From: Gammaproteobacteria bacterium
Lineage (GTDB): Bacteria; Pseudomonadota; Gammaproteobacteria; Eutrophobiales; Eutrophobiaceae
Direction: 5' to 3'
NCBI GenBank assembly: GCA_024278135.1
Contig: JAJRTU010000095.1
Span: forward strand, 1 to 61,130
Length of the DNA stretch: 61,130 bases
The notes under the pieces were generated by a model. That model ran no database searches. It saw nothing but the letters and a program-made list of their open reading frames with translations, and was not told the origin of the DNA. Made by a program: the position numbers and the translations under genes. Shown here piece after piece: positions 18,669-27,145 of the stretch (the stretch's first letter is position 1; every line of letters begins with the position of its first letter).

Positions 18669-20090
18669 ATGATTTCAGTACCCGGTCTGGGTTCAGGTCT
18701 TGATGTCAATTCCATCGTATCGCAGCTGGTTGCTGCGGAGGGTGATACCAAGACACTGCTGCTGGCGAATCAACAGTCCGATATTGAGGCGGAAATAACA
18801 GCTTTTGGCTCGCTGAAAAGTCTGTTATCGACTTTCCAGAGTGCGACGACAACATTAAAACTGCCGGCCACCTTTGATGCTTCACTGGCGACATCATCCG
18901 ATCCCACAATTTTTACAGCCTCTACCACCGGCTCCGTGGCAGCGGGCATTTTCAATATTGAAGTGAGAAATCTGGCGGAGGCGAACAAGTTGTTGTCTTC
19001 TGGATTTGCCGATGCCAATACAGTGATTGGAGAAGGTACACTGACCATCAGCGCGGGGGGTGCAAGCTTCAATGTCACTATAGACAGCTCCAACAGTACC
19101 GTGACAGGTGTTCGTGATGCCATTAATGATGCGACAGACAATACCGGCGTATCTGCCACCATCATTACGGTTGATGATGGTACCGGAAACGGAACACTGA
19201 CCAAACTGGTACTCAGATCCGAAAAGACCGGCACGGCCAACGCCCTTACCATCACCGTCAATGATACGGATGGCGTGCACACGGACGGCAGTGGTCTTTC
19301 CGTCCTGTACTACGATACGAGTGACGGGACAACGCCGGAACAATTAAGCGAAATAGCGGCCGCGACGGATGCTGAAGTTTACATCGACGGGCAAAAGGTG
19401 CTGAGCAGTTCGAACACTGTCGTTGACGCAATCCAGGGTGTCACGCTCGATATTGTTGGTGAAAATATCGGCACAAACTACACATTGACCATTTCCGATG
19501 ACAAGGATCGTGTTACCGCAGCGGTTGAATTGTTTGTCTCCAATTATAATTCCTTCGTCTCCCTGACCAACAACTACACCGCCTTTAATGTGGACACGGG
19601 TGATGCCGGGATTTTCCTCGGCGACGCCACTTTGCGTACACTGCGAAATCAGGTGCGTTCGGAAATCAGCAATTCGGTTAATGATATTGGCGGGCCTTTC
19701 AGTATGCTTGTCGATATCGGTATCACCACTCAGATCGATGGCACGCTTGTCATCGACTCCACCAGACTGGGTAATGCATTGAATACCAACTTTGCGGATG
19801 TCGGCAATTTATTTTCATCCGCCAACGGCATCGCTGTTCAGATGGACAGCGTCCTGAGCGAGTATACAAAGGCAGACGGGATCATTGACAGCAAGACCAA
19901 GGGATTGAACACGACAATCAGCGGTATTGCAAAGGAGTTTCAAGATCTCAATACCAAACTGGCCGCGCTGGAAGAAAGACTGTTGGCACAATTTTCAGGG
20001 CTGGACGTCCTGTTGTCCCAGTTGAATTCGACCAGTAATTTTTTGAGTGAGCAGTTTAAAATCATCGGCAGCATAGTGAAACAAAAATGA
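18669..20090 (+). CDS. fliD: Filament cap protein FliD
   Basis: N-terminal GLGSGLDVNSIVSQLVAAE. IN-type motif GVRDAINDATDNTGVSATII. C-terminal coiled coil. Confidence 0.95.
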   Translation: MISVPGLGSGLDVNSIVSQLVAAEGDTKTLLLANQQSDIEAEITAFGSLKSLLSTFQSATTTLKLPATFDASLATSSDPTIFTASTTGSVAAGIFNIEVRNLAEANKLLSSGFADANTVIGEGTLTISAGGASFNVTIDSSNSTVTGVRDAINDATDNTGVSATIITVDDGTGNGTLTKLVLRSEKTGTANALTITVNDTDGVHTDGSGLSVLYYDTSDGTTPEQLSEIAAATDAEVYIDGQKVLSSSNTVVDAIQGVTLDIVGENIGTNYTLTISDDKDRVTAAVELFVSNYNSFVSLTNNYTAFNVDTGDAGIFLGDATLRTLRNQVRSEISNSVNDIGGPFSMLVDIGITTQIDGTLVIDSTRLGNALNTNFADVGNLFSSANGIAVQMDSVLSEYTKADGIIDSKTKGLNTTISGIAKEFQDLNTKLAALEERLLAQFSGLDVLLSQLNSTSNFLSEQFKIIGSIVKQK

Positions 20091-20130
20091 GATCCGAATT
20101 CTTACAGAAACATGAACTGAGGAATAGACA

Positions 20131-20589
20131 ATGAATTATACAAAAGCGGCGAATATCAAGGCCCTGCAACAATATACCCGATTGGGTACCCAGACCGAAG
20201 TTGACAATGCTTCCCAGCACAGACTGATACAGATGCTGATGGAAGGTGCCTTGTCACGAATAATCAGGGCAAAAGCTTATATCAAGAATCATGATACCCA
20301 GAAAAAGGGTGAGTTTATCAGTATGGCTATATCCATTATCGGTGGTTTACGCGACAGCCTGGACCATAAAGCCGGCGCCGATCTGGCATTGAACCTGGAC
20401 AGGCTGTATGAATATATGTCTTCCAGATTACTGGAGGCCAATGTCAAAAATGATGTTGCTATGCTGGATGAAGTACAGGGTCTGTTAATGGAGATAAAAG
20501 CTGCCTGGGATACCGTCGGCCAGCCATTGCTGTCCAATCCACCCATGGCCGCAGTCGATGTTGATATGATGCACAAGCAGGCGATCTAG
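20131..20589 (+). CDS. fliS: Flagellin chaperone FliS
   Basis: Motifs LIQMLMEGALSRI and LYEYMSSRLLEAN; 152 aa. Confidence 0.9.
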   Translation: MNYTKAANIKALQQYTRLGTQTEVDNASQHRLIQMLMEGALSRIIRAKAYIKNHDTQKKGEFISMAISIIGGLRDSLDHKAGADLALNLDRLYEYMSSRLLEANVKNDVAMLDEVQGLLMEIKAAWDTVGQPLLSNPPMAAVDVDMMHKQAI

Positions 20590-20598
20590 ACCTGATTG

Positions 20599-20921
20599 AT
20601 GAATACAAATATAACAGAACAGGATGAACTGGATGGCTTGTTAAGCTACAGCTATACCTGTCTAAGTGAAGTGAAGGCCGGGCGTTTTGAAAGTCTGGAA
20701 AAGAAGTGGCCGAACACCGGCAGTCTCTGATGAATTACATGCAGGGCAGGTCATTGGCAAATATGGCCAGGGAACAGCAGGAAAAGCTCCATCAGATATT
20801 AAGTAACCAGCAGGCGGCTATAAAAATAGTCAGTCATCAAAAACAACAATTCGCAAACAAGCTGAAAGAATTACGGAAGGGCCGTAATCTGAAAAATACC
20901 TACAGCAACCATCCTCTTTAA
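20599..20921 (+). pseudogene. fliT: FliT-like chaperone split across two frames
   Basis: A 43-aa ORF (ATG 20599 to TGA 20730: ...LSEVKAGRFESLEKKW...) and the 71-aa ORF 20706-20921 (...AEHRQSLMNYM...KNTYS) together give about 107 aa. They show the FliT-like pattern and sit in the slot after fliS. The frames switch at the A-run 20699-20702. Confidence 0.45.
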
Positions 20922-21182
20922 AAAAGAATTTCCACACCGGTTTTGACATTCAGTCATCCGGTCAGGCGTTGCAGAGCGCACATTCCAACATCATTGACGC
21001 TATGATATTATCTTCCGGCAGATAAAAACCAGGATAAGCAGAGTCAGGATGGCTTGAGCACTTCAATAAAAGAGATTGCCGAGTTCCGGGTACTGCACCG
21101 GCCGACTGTAATTCGGTATATATTTACGTTTGAAAAAATATCGAAGTATGTGACCTGATAGCAACGAAGAGACCGCGCCAAT

Positions 21183-21809
21183 ATGAAAACATTGAAGTAT
21201 TTGTTTGACAGGAATCTTGCCTGGGCGAATGCCATTAAGGAGGAAAACCCCGGGTTTTTCGAGGCTTTGTCGAAGCAGCAGGACCCGGAGTATCTGTGGA
21301 TCGGCTGTTCGGACAGCAGGGTCCCCGCCAACCAGATAGTCAACCTGCCTCCAGGCGAAGTCTTTGTACATCGTAATATCGCCAATGTTGTCGTTCATAC
21401 AGACTTGAATTGTCTTTCTGTCATTCAGTTTGCTGTCGAGGTGATTAAGGTCAAACATATTATTGTTTGTGGTCATTATGGTTGCGGTGGGATAAAGGCA
21501 GCGATGGAAAATCATGAACATGGTCTTATTGACAACTGGCTTCGCCATATCAAAGATGTCGTCCGTTTTAATGCAGAAAAACTGGAGGGTCTGGAGTTTG
21601 ATGACAGGCATGATTTGCTCTGCGAATTGAACGTTATTGAACAGGTGGCGAATGTGTGCAATACCACCACGGTTCAACGGGCATGGAAAAACGGTGCTGA
21701 GCTGTCAGTGCACGGATGGATTTACAGTATCCGGAATGGAATTATAAAAGATCTGGATATGTGCATTACCTCCAACGAACAACTCACAAAAAAAAAGGTG
21801 CAGGAGTGA
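21183..21809 (+). CDS. can: Beta-class carbonic anhydrase (Can-like)
   Basis: Motifs WIGCSDSRVPANQI, FVHRNIANVV and CGHYGCGG. It is colinear with E. coli Can from memory. Confidence 0.9.
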   Translation: MKTLKYLFDRNLAWANAIKEENPGFFEALSKQQDPEYLWIGCSDSRVPANQIVNLPPGEVFVHRNIANVVVHTDLNCLSVIQFAVEVIKVKHIIVCGHYGCGGIKAAMENHEHGLIDNWLRHIKDVVRFNAEKLEGLEFDDRHDLLCELNVIEQVANVCNTTTVQRAWKNGAELSVHGWIYSIRNGIIKDLDMCITSNEQLTKKKVQE

Positions 21810-21840
21810 TTTAATTTTAATCACTCCGGCACCTTTATTA
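21797..21840. terminator. Bidirectional hairpin between the convergent can and Vps62-like genes
   Basis: 15-bp stem with one mismatch (GGTGCAGGAGTGATT / AATCACTCCGGCACC), 7-nt loop, T-rich on the plus side and A-rich on the other. Confidence 0.55.
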
Positions 21841-22566
21841 AAAAGTGCAGGTCATATTGCCCTTGATGTCCTGTAAACTCGTCGGGCGTTGTTTGTCAGA
21901 TACCACATAAAAACTGTTGCTGTTAGGAAGTTTGTAAATATACGCTTTCTGTTTCGCTCCGGTACCCCGGGTTGACCATATCGGGCCGGCAGCGGGAATA
22001 TTCTCGACAAGACAGCGGTGGACGCAGGCGTAGTTGGCCGGTGCCACTTGTCTGTATCCTTTACTGGCAAGACTGCCAAGGCAGACATAATCATCGGCAG
22101 GTGGGGAAGGATGCCAGAATGCACCATCCATGTTGGCGCCGCTGCCCTTATCTTTCCAAAGACGTTTCCAGTCGCGAGGTGAGGCCAACAAGGTTTCACT
22201 TTGCGGGTTGGCGGGTTTCACCGCCAGTACGCAATCCGAAGGTTCGTTGTAATTGCCCTGGGCATAGGCGCCGATCATGCTATATCCCTCCGGGATATTC
22301 GGAAGATAAAACGAACCGTCTATTTTCCCGCCGGAGCCTTTGTCTGTGTAACTCAAGCGGTAATCGCATACGCGTATGCCTTCCAGGCTGAGCTGACCCT
22401 TTGCTGCTGGGACAGATCGGGGTACCGGCGCCGGGGTCTTGACAGGCGCCTGGGGTTTCTTCTTTATGACGGCCTGATCCGGATTTTTCCATTCCCCGGC
22501 AGCCTGTAGGTGAGTGAATGTACCGTACATCAACAATATGATGACTAAGCGTGATAGAAGGCGCAT
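21838..22566 (-). CDS. Secreted Vps62/DUF946-like protein with an internal duplication
   Basis: Signal peptide (LMYGTFTHLQAAG) and a Pro-rich linker. Two related segments: KGSGGKIDGSFYLPNIPEGYSMIGAYA and KGSGANMDGAFWHPSPPADDYVCLGSLA. Confidence 0.55.
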   Translation of the reverse strand: MRLLSRLVIILLMYGTFTHLQAAGEWKNPDQAVIKKKPQAPVKTPAPVPRSVPAAKGQLSLEGIRVCDYRLSYTDKGSGGKIDGSFYLPNIPEGYSMIGAYAQGNYNEPSDCVLAVKPANPQSETLLASPRDWKRLWKDKGSGANMDGAFWHPSPPADDYVCLGSLASKGYRQVAPANYACVHRCLVENIPAAGPIWSTRGTGAKQKAYIYKLPNSNSFYVVSDKQRPTSLQDIKGNMTCTF

Positions 22567-22696
22567 AGTGTCTCCCGCAATATGAGTGATCCAAAGTCAC
22601 TATGTTAACAAGATGCCTGCGTATTGGCAGCAGTGTTTTTCGTAAATATATTTTTTACTTCTGATAAGGCCGGGCATCGGCAGCGGAGTATAATCA

Positions 22697-23128
22697 ATGT
22701 TTGTTTTAACGAAAACAGTAACAGCCGTTATCTTCATGTTCTCTCTTTTACTGCCTGCAGGACTGCAGGCTGAAGATCTCGATCCGGTCATTGTCTCGTC
22801 AAGCAAGTACAAGGTGCTGTTGGAGAACGAGTTTGTGCGTGTGGTTGAATATCAGGTCAATCCCGGGGAAAAAGACAACTGGCACACACATCCGGCAAAG
22901 GCCTCCTATGTCGTTTCCGGCGGTGCTTTAAAAATCACGACAGCGGACGGACAGTCATTCATCGTCAAAGAAAAAGCGGGCTCTGCAACCTGGTTCGGTG
23001 CGGTCGGCAAACACTATGGTGAAAATGTCGGTCAAACTCCGGTTCGCATCGTATTTGTTGAAATTAAAGGTATTGAAGCGGCTGCTGAGGATCTGAGTAA
23101 ATACAGAAACAGCTCAAATAAAAAGTAA
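22697..23128 (+). CDS. Secreted cupin-domain protein
   Basis: Signal peptide (LLLPAGLQAED). NWHTHP cupin motif. 143 aa. Confidence 0.6.
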   Translation: MFVLTKTVTAVIFMFSLLLPAGLQAEDLDPVIVSSSKYKVLLENEFVRVVEYQVNPGEKDNWHTHPAKASYVVSGGALKITTADGQSFIVKEKAGSATWFGAVGKHYGENVGQTPVRIVFVEIKGIEAAAEDLSKYRNSSNKK

Positions 23129-23259
23129 AGTCTGTTTCAGGTATTCGGGGCAGCCTGAGTATCCCTTTCGCCGGTCGATCCCCCGTCCTGTGTTATCCCT
23201 GTTGGGAAGTGCGCATTACTGTATTTGTCAATTTATTTGTTCTGAATTATTAATTTCAT

Positions 23260-23286
23260 ATTGCAATTATTATTAATTGCAATTAT
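23260..23286. promoter_or_regulatory. Twin palindromic operator-like sites upstream of the lyase gene
   Basis: ATTGCAAT (self-complementary) at 23260-23267 and 23276-23283. TTGCAATTAT is repeated 16 bp apart inside an AT-rich stretch 50-75 nt upstream of ATG 23336. Confidence 0.35.
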
Positions 23287-23335
23287 ATTCGCGATTAACA
23301 AGGGGAAACCTGATATTAACTTTGAGGCAACAGGA

Positions 23336-24703
23336 ATGAAAACGATAATTGAACCGTTTCGGATCAAGGCTGTGGAACCGATTCACATGACATCCAGAGA
23401 GCAGCGACTGGAACTGATTGAACAGGCTGATTACAACCTGTTCGCACTTAAGTCGGAAGATGTCCTTATTGATTTGCTTACCGACTCAGGGACCTCGGCC
23501 ATGAGTACGGCCCAGTGGTCGGCACTGATGCAGGGAGACGAGTCCTACGCCGGTTCTCCTTCCTATTTTCGTTTTGAAGCCGCCGTTAAAGAACTGATGC
23601 CGTTCAAGCATATCATTCCCACCCACCAGGGGCGGGCGGCGGAAGCGATTCTCAGTTCCATTATCGGAGCGGAAGGCAGGATCGTACCGAATAACACTCA
23701 CTTTGACACGACCCGTGGAAACTTCGAGGCGGTGGGTGTGCAAGCTGTCGATCTGGTCATTGCAGAGGGTATCGATCCGTCGATAGAACACCCGTTCAAG
23801 GGGAATATGGATCTGGAAAAACTCGAGGCATTGCTGGCCGACAAGGCAGATAATATTCCACTGGTGGTGATGACGATTACCAATAATGCCGGTGGTGGCC
23901 AACCTGTCTCCATGGCCAATATCCGGGCCACCAGCGAAATCTGCAAGCGCTACAGGAAACCCTTTTTTATCGATAGTTGCCGCTTTGCTGAAAATGCCTA
24001 TTTTATAAAATTACGTGAGGAAGGCTACGCAGGAAAATCGGTCAAAGAAATTGTGCAGGAAATATTTTCCTATGCGGATGGTATGACCATGAGCGCGAAA
24101 AAAGACGCCTTTGCCAATATGGGTGGGTGGCTGGCTTTAAACGATGATGACTGGGCGACACAGGCCCTAAATCGTCTTATTCTCACTGAAGGATTTCCGA
24201 CCTATGGTGGTCTCTCCGGTCGTGATCTGGAATGTATTGCAGTCGGACTCAATGAAATTATTGACGAGGATTATTTACATTACCGTATACGCTCCATTGA
24301 GTATATCACCGAGGCACTGGATAAAATCGGTATACCGGTGATGAAACCGGCTGGAGGACATGCCGTATTCATAGACGCCAGGAAAATGTTGCCGCATATA
24401 CCGGCCCTGCAATTTCCCGGTCAGGCACTGGCCGTTGCACTTTATCTTACCGGTGGAATTCGTTGCGCCGAAATCGGGTCTTTTATGTTCGGCCGACAGC
24501 CCGATGGTTCTGAGAAACCGGCAGCGATGGAACTGGTCAGGCTGGCGATACCCCGGCGGGTATACACGCAAAGTCAGGCGGATTATATTATTGAATGCTT
24601 CGAGCAGATCCACCGTGAAGCAGATAAAATGAGTGGGCTCGAAATAAGCTGGGAGCCGAAGGCCATGCGTCACTTCACTTCCAGATTACGACCGATTATT
24701 TGA
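23336..24703 (+). CDS. Beta-eliminating lyase family enzyme (tryptophanase / tyrosine phenol-lyase-like), PLP-dependent
   Basis: Motifs EPFRIKAVEP, DLLTDSGT, IPTHQGRAAE, NNAGGGQPVSMAN, FAENAYFIK, SAKKD (PLP lysine), GGHAVFIDA and RLAIPRRVYTQ. ATG 23336 is preferred over the upstream TTG 23261. Substrate cannot be decided by eye. Confidence 0.85.
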   Translation: MKTIIEPFRIKAVEPIHMTSREQRLELIEQADYNLFALKSEDVLIDLLTDSGTSAMSTAQWSALMQGDESYAGSPSYFRFEAAVKELMPFKHIIPTHQGRAAEAILSSIIGAEGRIVPNNTHFDTTRGNFEAVGVQAVDLVIAEGIDPSIEHPFKGNMDLEKLEALLADKADNIPLVVMTITNNAGGGQPVSMANIRATSEICKRYRKPFFIDSCRFAENAYFIKLREEGYAGKSVKEIVQEIFSYADGMTMSAKKDAFANMGGWLALNDDDWATQALNRLILTEGFPTYGGLSGRDLECIAVGLNEIIDEDYLHYRIRSIEYITEALDKIGIPVMKPAGGHAVFIDARKMLPHIPALQFPGQALAVALYLTGGIRCAEIGSFMFGRQPDGSEKPAAMELVRLAIPRRVYTQSQADYIIECFEQIHREADKMSGLEISWEPKAMRHFTSRLRPII

Positions 24704-25142
24704 TTTCTATGCGGCGCTCCAGACGATTCAACAGGCTGAGAAATTGTTTGCGCTCCTGTTTATTGAATACGGCCATCAATTTATCTTCAAGCGCCTGGGC
24801 TACCGGTGATATTGTCGAGTAAACGGTCTCGCCCTTTTTATTTAAACTTAATACAATACGACGCCTGTCGTTGATATCCGTTCGACGCGAAATCAACTTC
24901 TGTTTCAACAGACTGCTTAATGTTCGCGTCATCTGGACCTGATTGATATCCACCAGTGCCGCGAGGTCTTTGGCTGACAGGGGTTCGTAATTTGCAATGG
25001 CGGCAATGGCTTGCCATTCTATCGGTGATAAACCGAATTCACTGGAATAGAATGCCTCCAGTTCATAGCCGGCCTCCTGGGAAATACGCCACAATCGGTA
25101 TATAAGCCAGTTCTGTATTTTGAATTTCTTATGTGCAGGCAT
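24696..25142 (-). CDS. MarR family transcriptional regulator
   Basis: 148 aa. Winged-helix pattern (LSPIEWQAIAAI, LAALVDINQVQMTRTLSSLLKQKLISR, DRRRIVLSLNKKG). It overlaps the lyase 3' end convergently by 8 nt. Confidence 0.8.
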   Translation of the reverse strand: MPAHKKFKIQNWLIYRLWRISQEAGYELEAFYSSEFGLSPIEWQAIAAIANYEPLSAKDLAALVDINQVQMTRTLSSLLKQKLISRRTDINDRRRIVLSLNKKGETVYSTISPVAQALEDKLMAVFNKQERKQFLSLLNRLERRIEIK

Positions 25143-25299
25143 ATTTGCGCTGTTTTTGTTTTACGCTTATTGTTTCCATCAGGCAGGTGATTTTAGCACG
25201 TGCTCTTTCAATCTTTGAAAATATTACCTTATCCAGAATACTGATAGTGGACGACAGCAGGAAACATTCGGCGTTTAATCCGGGACGCTTTGGAATTCA

Positions 25300-26925
25300 A
25301 TGAATGTGAATTCCCGAAAAGGTGACATTTACGGTGGTGCGACAGCCGCTGTTGTTGCTTTGCCTTTGGCACTGGCTTTTGGCGTCTCGTCGGGTGCCGG
25401 TGCCCTGGCCGGTCTTTATGGCGCTGTTTTTGTGGGTTTTTTTGCGGCGGTTTTTGGTGGGACAAAAGTACAGATCAGTGGCCCGACCGGCCCGATGACC
25501 GTTGTCATGGCGCTGGTCGTCACACATTTTTCGCCAAACCTGTCAGCTGCTTTCACGGTTGTCGTTCTCGCCGGCGCATTCCAGATAATGTTTGGCAAGC
25601 TGGGCTTCGGACGCTATATAAAACTGATGCCGCAACCGGTTATCTCGGGATTCATGAGCGGCATCGGTATTATCATCATCCTTCTGCAACTGGCCCCCTT
25701 ATTGGGTCATGAAGCGCCCAACGGGCCAATACTCATCAAGCTTGTCGCCTTGCCGCAGATGCTTCAGACAGTCAATATCAGCGCGCTTCTGCTCGCAGCG
25801 ATGGCGCTGATTATTATGGTCTATACGCCGTCGCGGCTGGCCAGGCTTGTGCCGCCGCCACTGCTGGCGTTGGTGGCAGGGACGCTCGCCGGCGTCACGG
25901 TTTTTCAGAATGCACCGGTGATCGGGGCCATTCCCTCCGGGATGCCGGTATTTTATTTTCCTCAGATAACACTTTCTGAATTACACCACATCATTCGTTT
26001 TGCTCTGGTGCTCGCATTTCTCGGGTCAATTGATTCTTTATTAACATCACTGGTTGTCGACAGCATGACACGAACATCACATGATTCGAACCGGGAACTG
26101 ATAGGTCAGGGAATCGGTAATATGCTGGCAGGTCTGTTTGGCGGGCTGCCGGGAGCGGGTGCCACAATGCGGACACTGGTGAATGCACGTGCCGGTGCAA
26201 GCAGCCGGCTGAGCGGGGTATTGCACTCATTATTGTTGTTGCTGATCGTGATCGGTTTCAGTGATCTTGCGGGTCATATTCCCCTGGCCGTACTGAGCGG
26301 AATTTTGATTAAGGTCGGTATCGATATTATTGACTGGCAATATTTACGACGCATTCATTGTGCACCACGGGCCGGTGTGCTGATCATGCTTTCCACATTG
26401 TTGATGACGGTATTTGTCGATCTCATTACGGCCGTTGCCGTCGGATTTGTGATGGCGGCGGTGCTGTTTGTTTCACGTATGGCCGACGCACAGATAAAAA
26501 GTGCCAAATTTGCTTTTGGGGCCGATCAACTGGACGATTTGACTGAAGAGGAAGCCGGGATACTGGAGGAAGCGGCAGGTCGAATAGTCCTGTTTCATGT
26601 GGAAGGTCCTTTGAGTTTTGGTTCGGCGCGGGATATCGCCAAAATCATTCAAAGTGATATTGAGAAAGATGTGCTTGTTATCGATATGTCCGATATTCCC
26701 TTTATCGACAGCTCGGCGGCGGCAGCGTTGGAGGAAGTGATACAGCGTCTGGGTGATATTGATGATGTGGTGTTGTTATTCGGGGCAAGGACGACTGTAC
26801 TGGAGATGTTGAACAGAACCGGCGTACTGGCCCTGTTGGGAGATGCCGGTGTGCTGGAGACCCGCATTGATGCGCTGCGTATGGCCCGATCAATTATCTC
26901 GGCCAACGAAGAGGATCCGCTTTGA
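25300..26925 (+). CDS. SulP family anion transporter with C-terminal STAS domain
   Basis: About 11 hydrophobic segments. N-terminal GGATAAVVALPLALAFGVSSG. C-terminal STAS-like segment (LFHVEGPLSFGSARD, IDSSAAAALEEV). Confidence 0.85.
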   Translation: MNVNSRKGDIYGGATAAVVALPLALAFGVSSGAGALAGLYGAVFVGFFAAVFGGTKVQISGPTGPMTVVMALVVTHFSPNLSAAFTVVVLAGAFQIMFGKLGFGRYIKLMPQPVISGFMSGIGIIIILLQLAPLLGHEAPNGPILIKLVALPQMLQTVNISALLLAAMALIIMVYTPSRLARLVPPPLLALVAGTLAGVTVFQNAPVIGAIPSGMPVFYFPQITLSELHHIIRFALVLAFLGSIDSLLTSLVVDSMTRTSHDSNRELIGQGIGNMLAGLFGGLPGAGATMRTLVNARAGASSRLSGVLHSLLLLLIVIGFSDLAGHIPLAVLSGILIKVGIDIIDWQYLRRIHCAPRAGVLIMLSTLLMTVFVDLITAVAVGFVMAAVLFVSRMADAQIKSAKFAFGADQLDDLTEEEAGILEEAAGRIVLFHVEGPLSFGSARDIAKIIQSDIEKDVLVIDMSDIPFIDSSAAAALEEVIQRLGDIDDVVLLFGARTTVLEMLNRTGVLALLGDAGVLETRIDALRMARSIISANEEDPL

Positions 26926-27145
26926 GCTCGATATTGTTCGGGTGACGTGGAAGCGATATCGGTTTTCCCCGGTATTTAGGCCCTGTTTTCCTGAGGCAGA
27001 TTGTGGTTTTCAGTATTTTCGTGAAAGCAGGAAATTTTCTGTTCTTTTTTCTGTGACGGTGTTTTTTATACTGACAAAATTTTGACAACAGACGCGGACG
27101 GTGCTTAACTGAATAACATAACAATCAAGCATAGACGCTGAGAAA

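Noticed and set aside
23261-23335. Track start (TTG 23261) giving a 25-aa N-terminal extension of the lyase; also a possible TnaC-like leader peptide.
   Set aside because: The extension (MQLLLIAIIFAINKGKPDINFEATG) is translated from the AT-rich operator region, and homologues begin at MKTIIEPFRIK. There is no ATG anywhere in 23129-23335, so there is no tnaC-like ORF.
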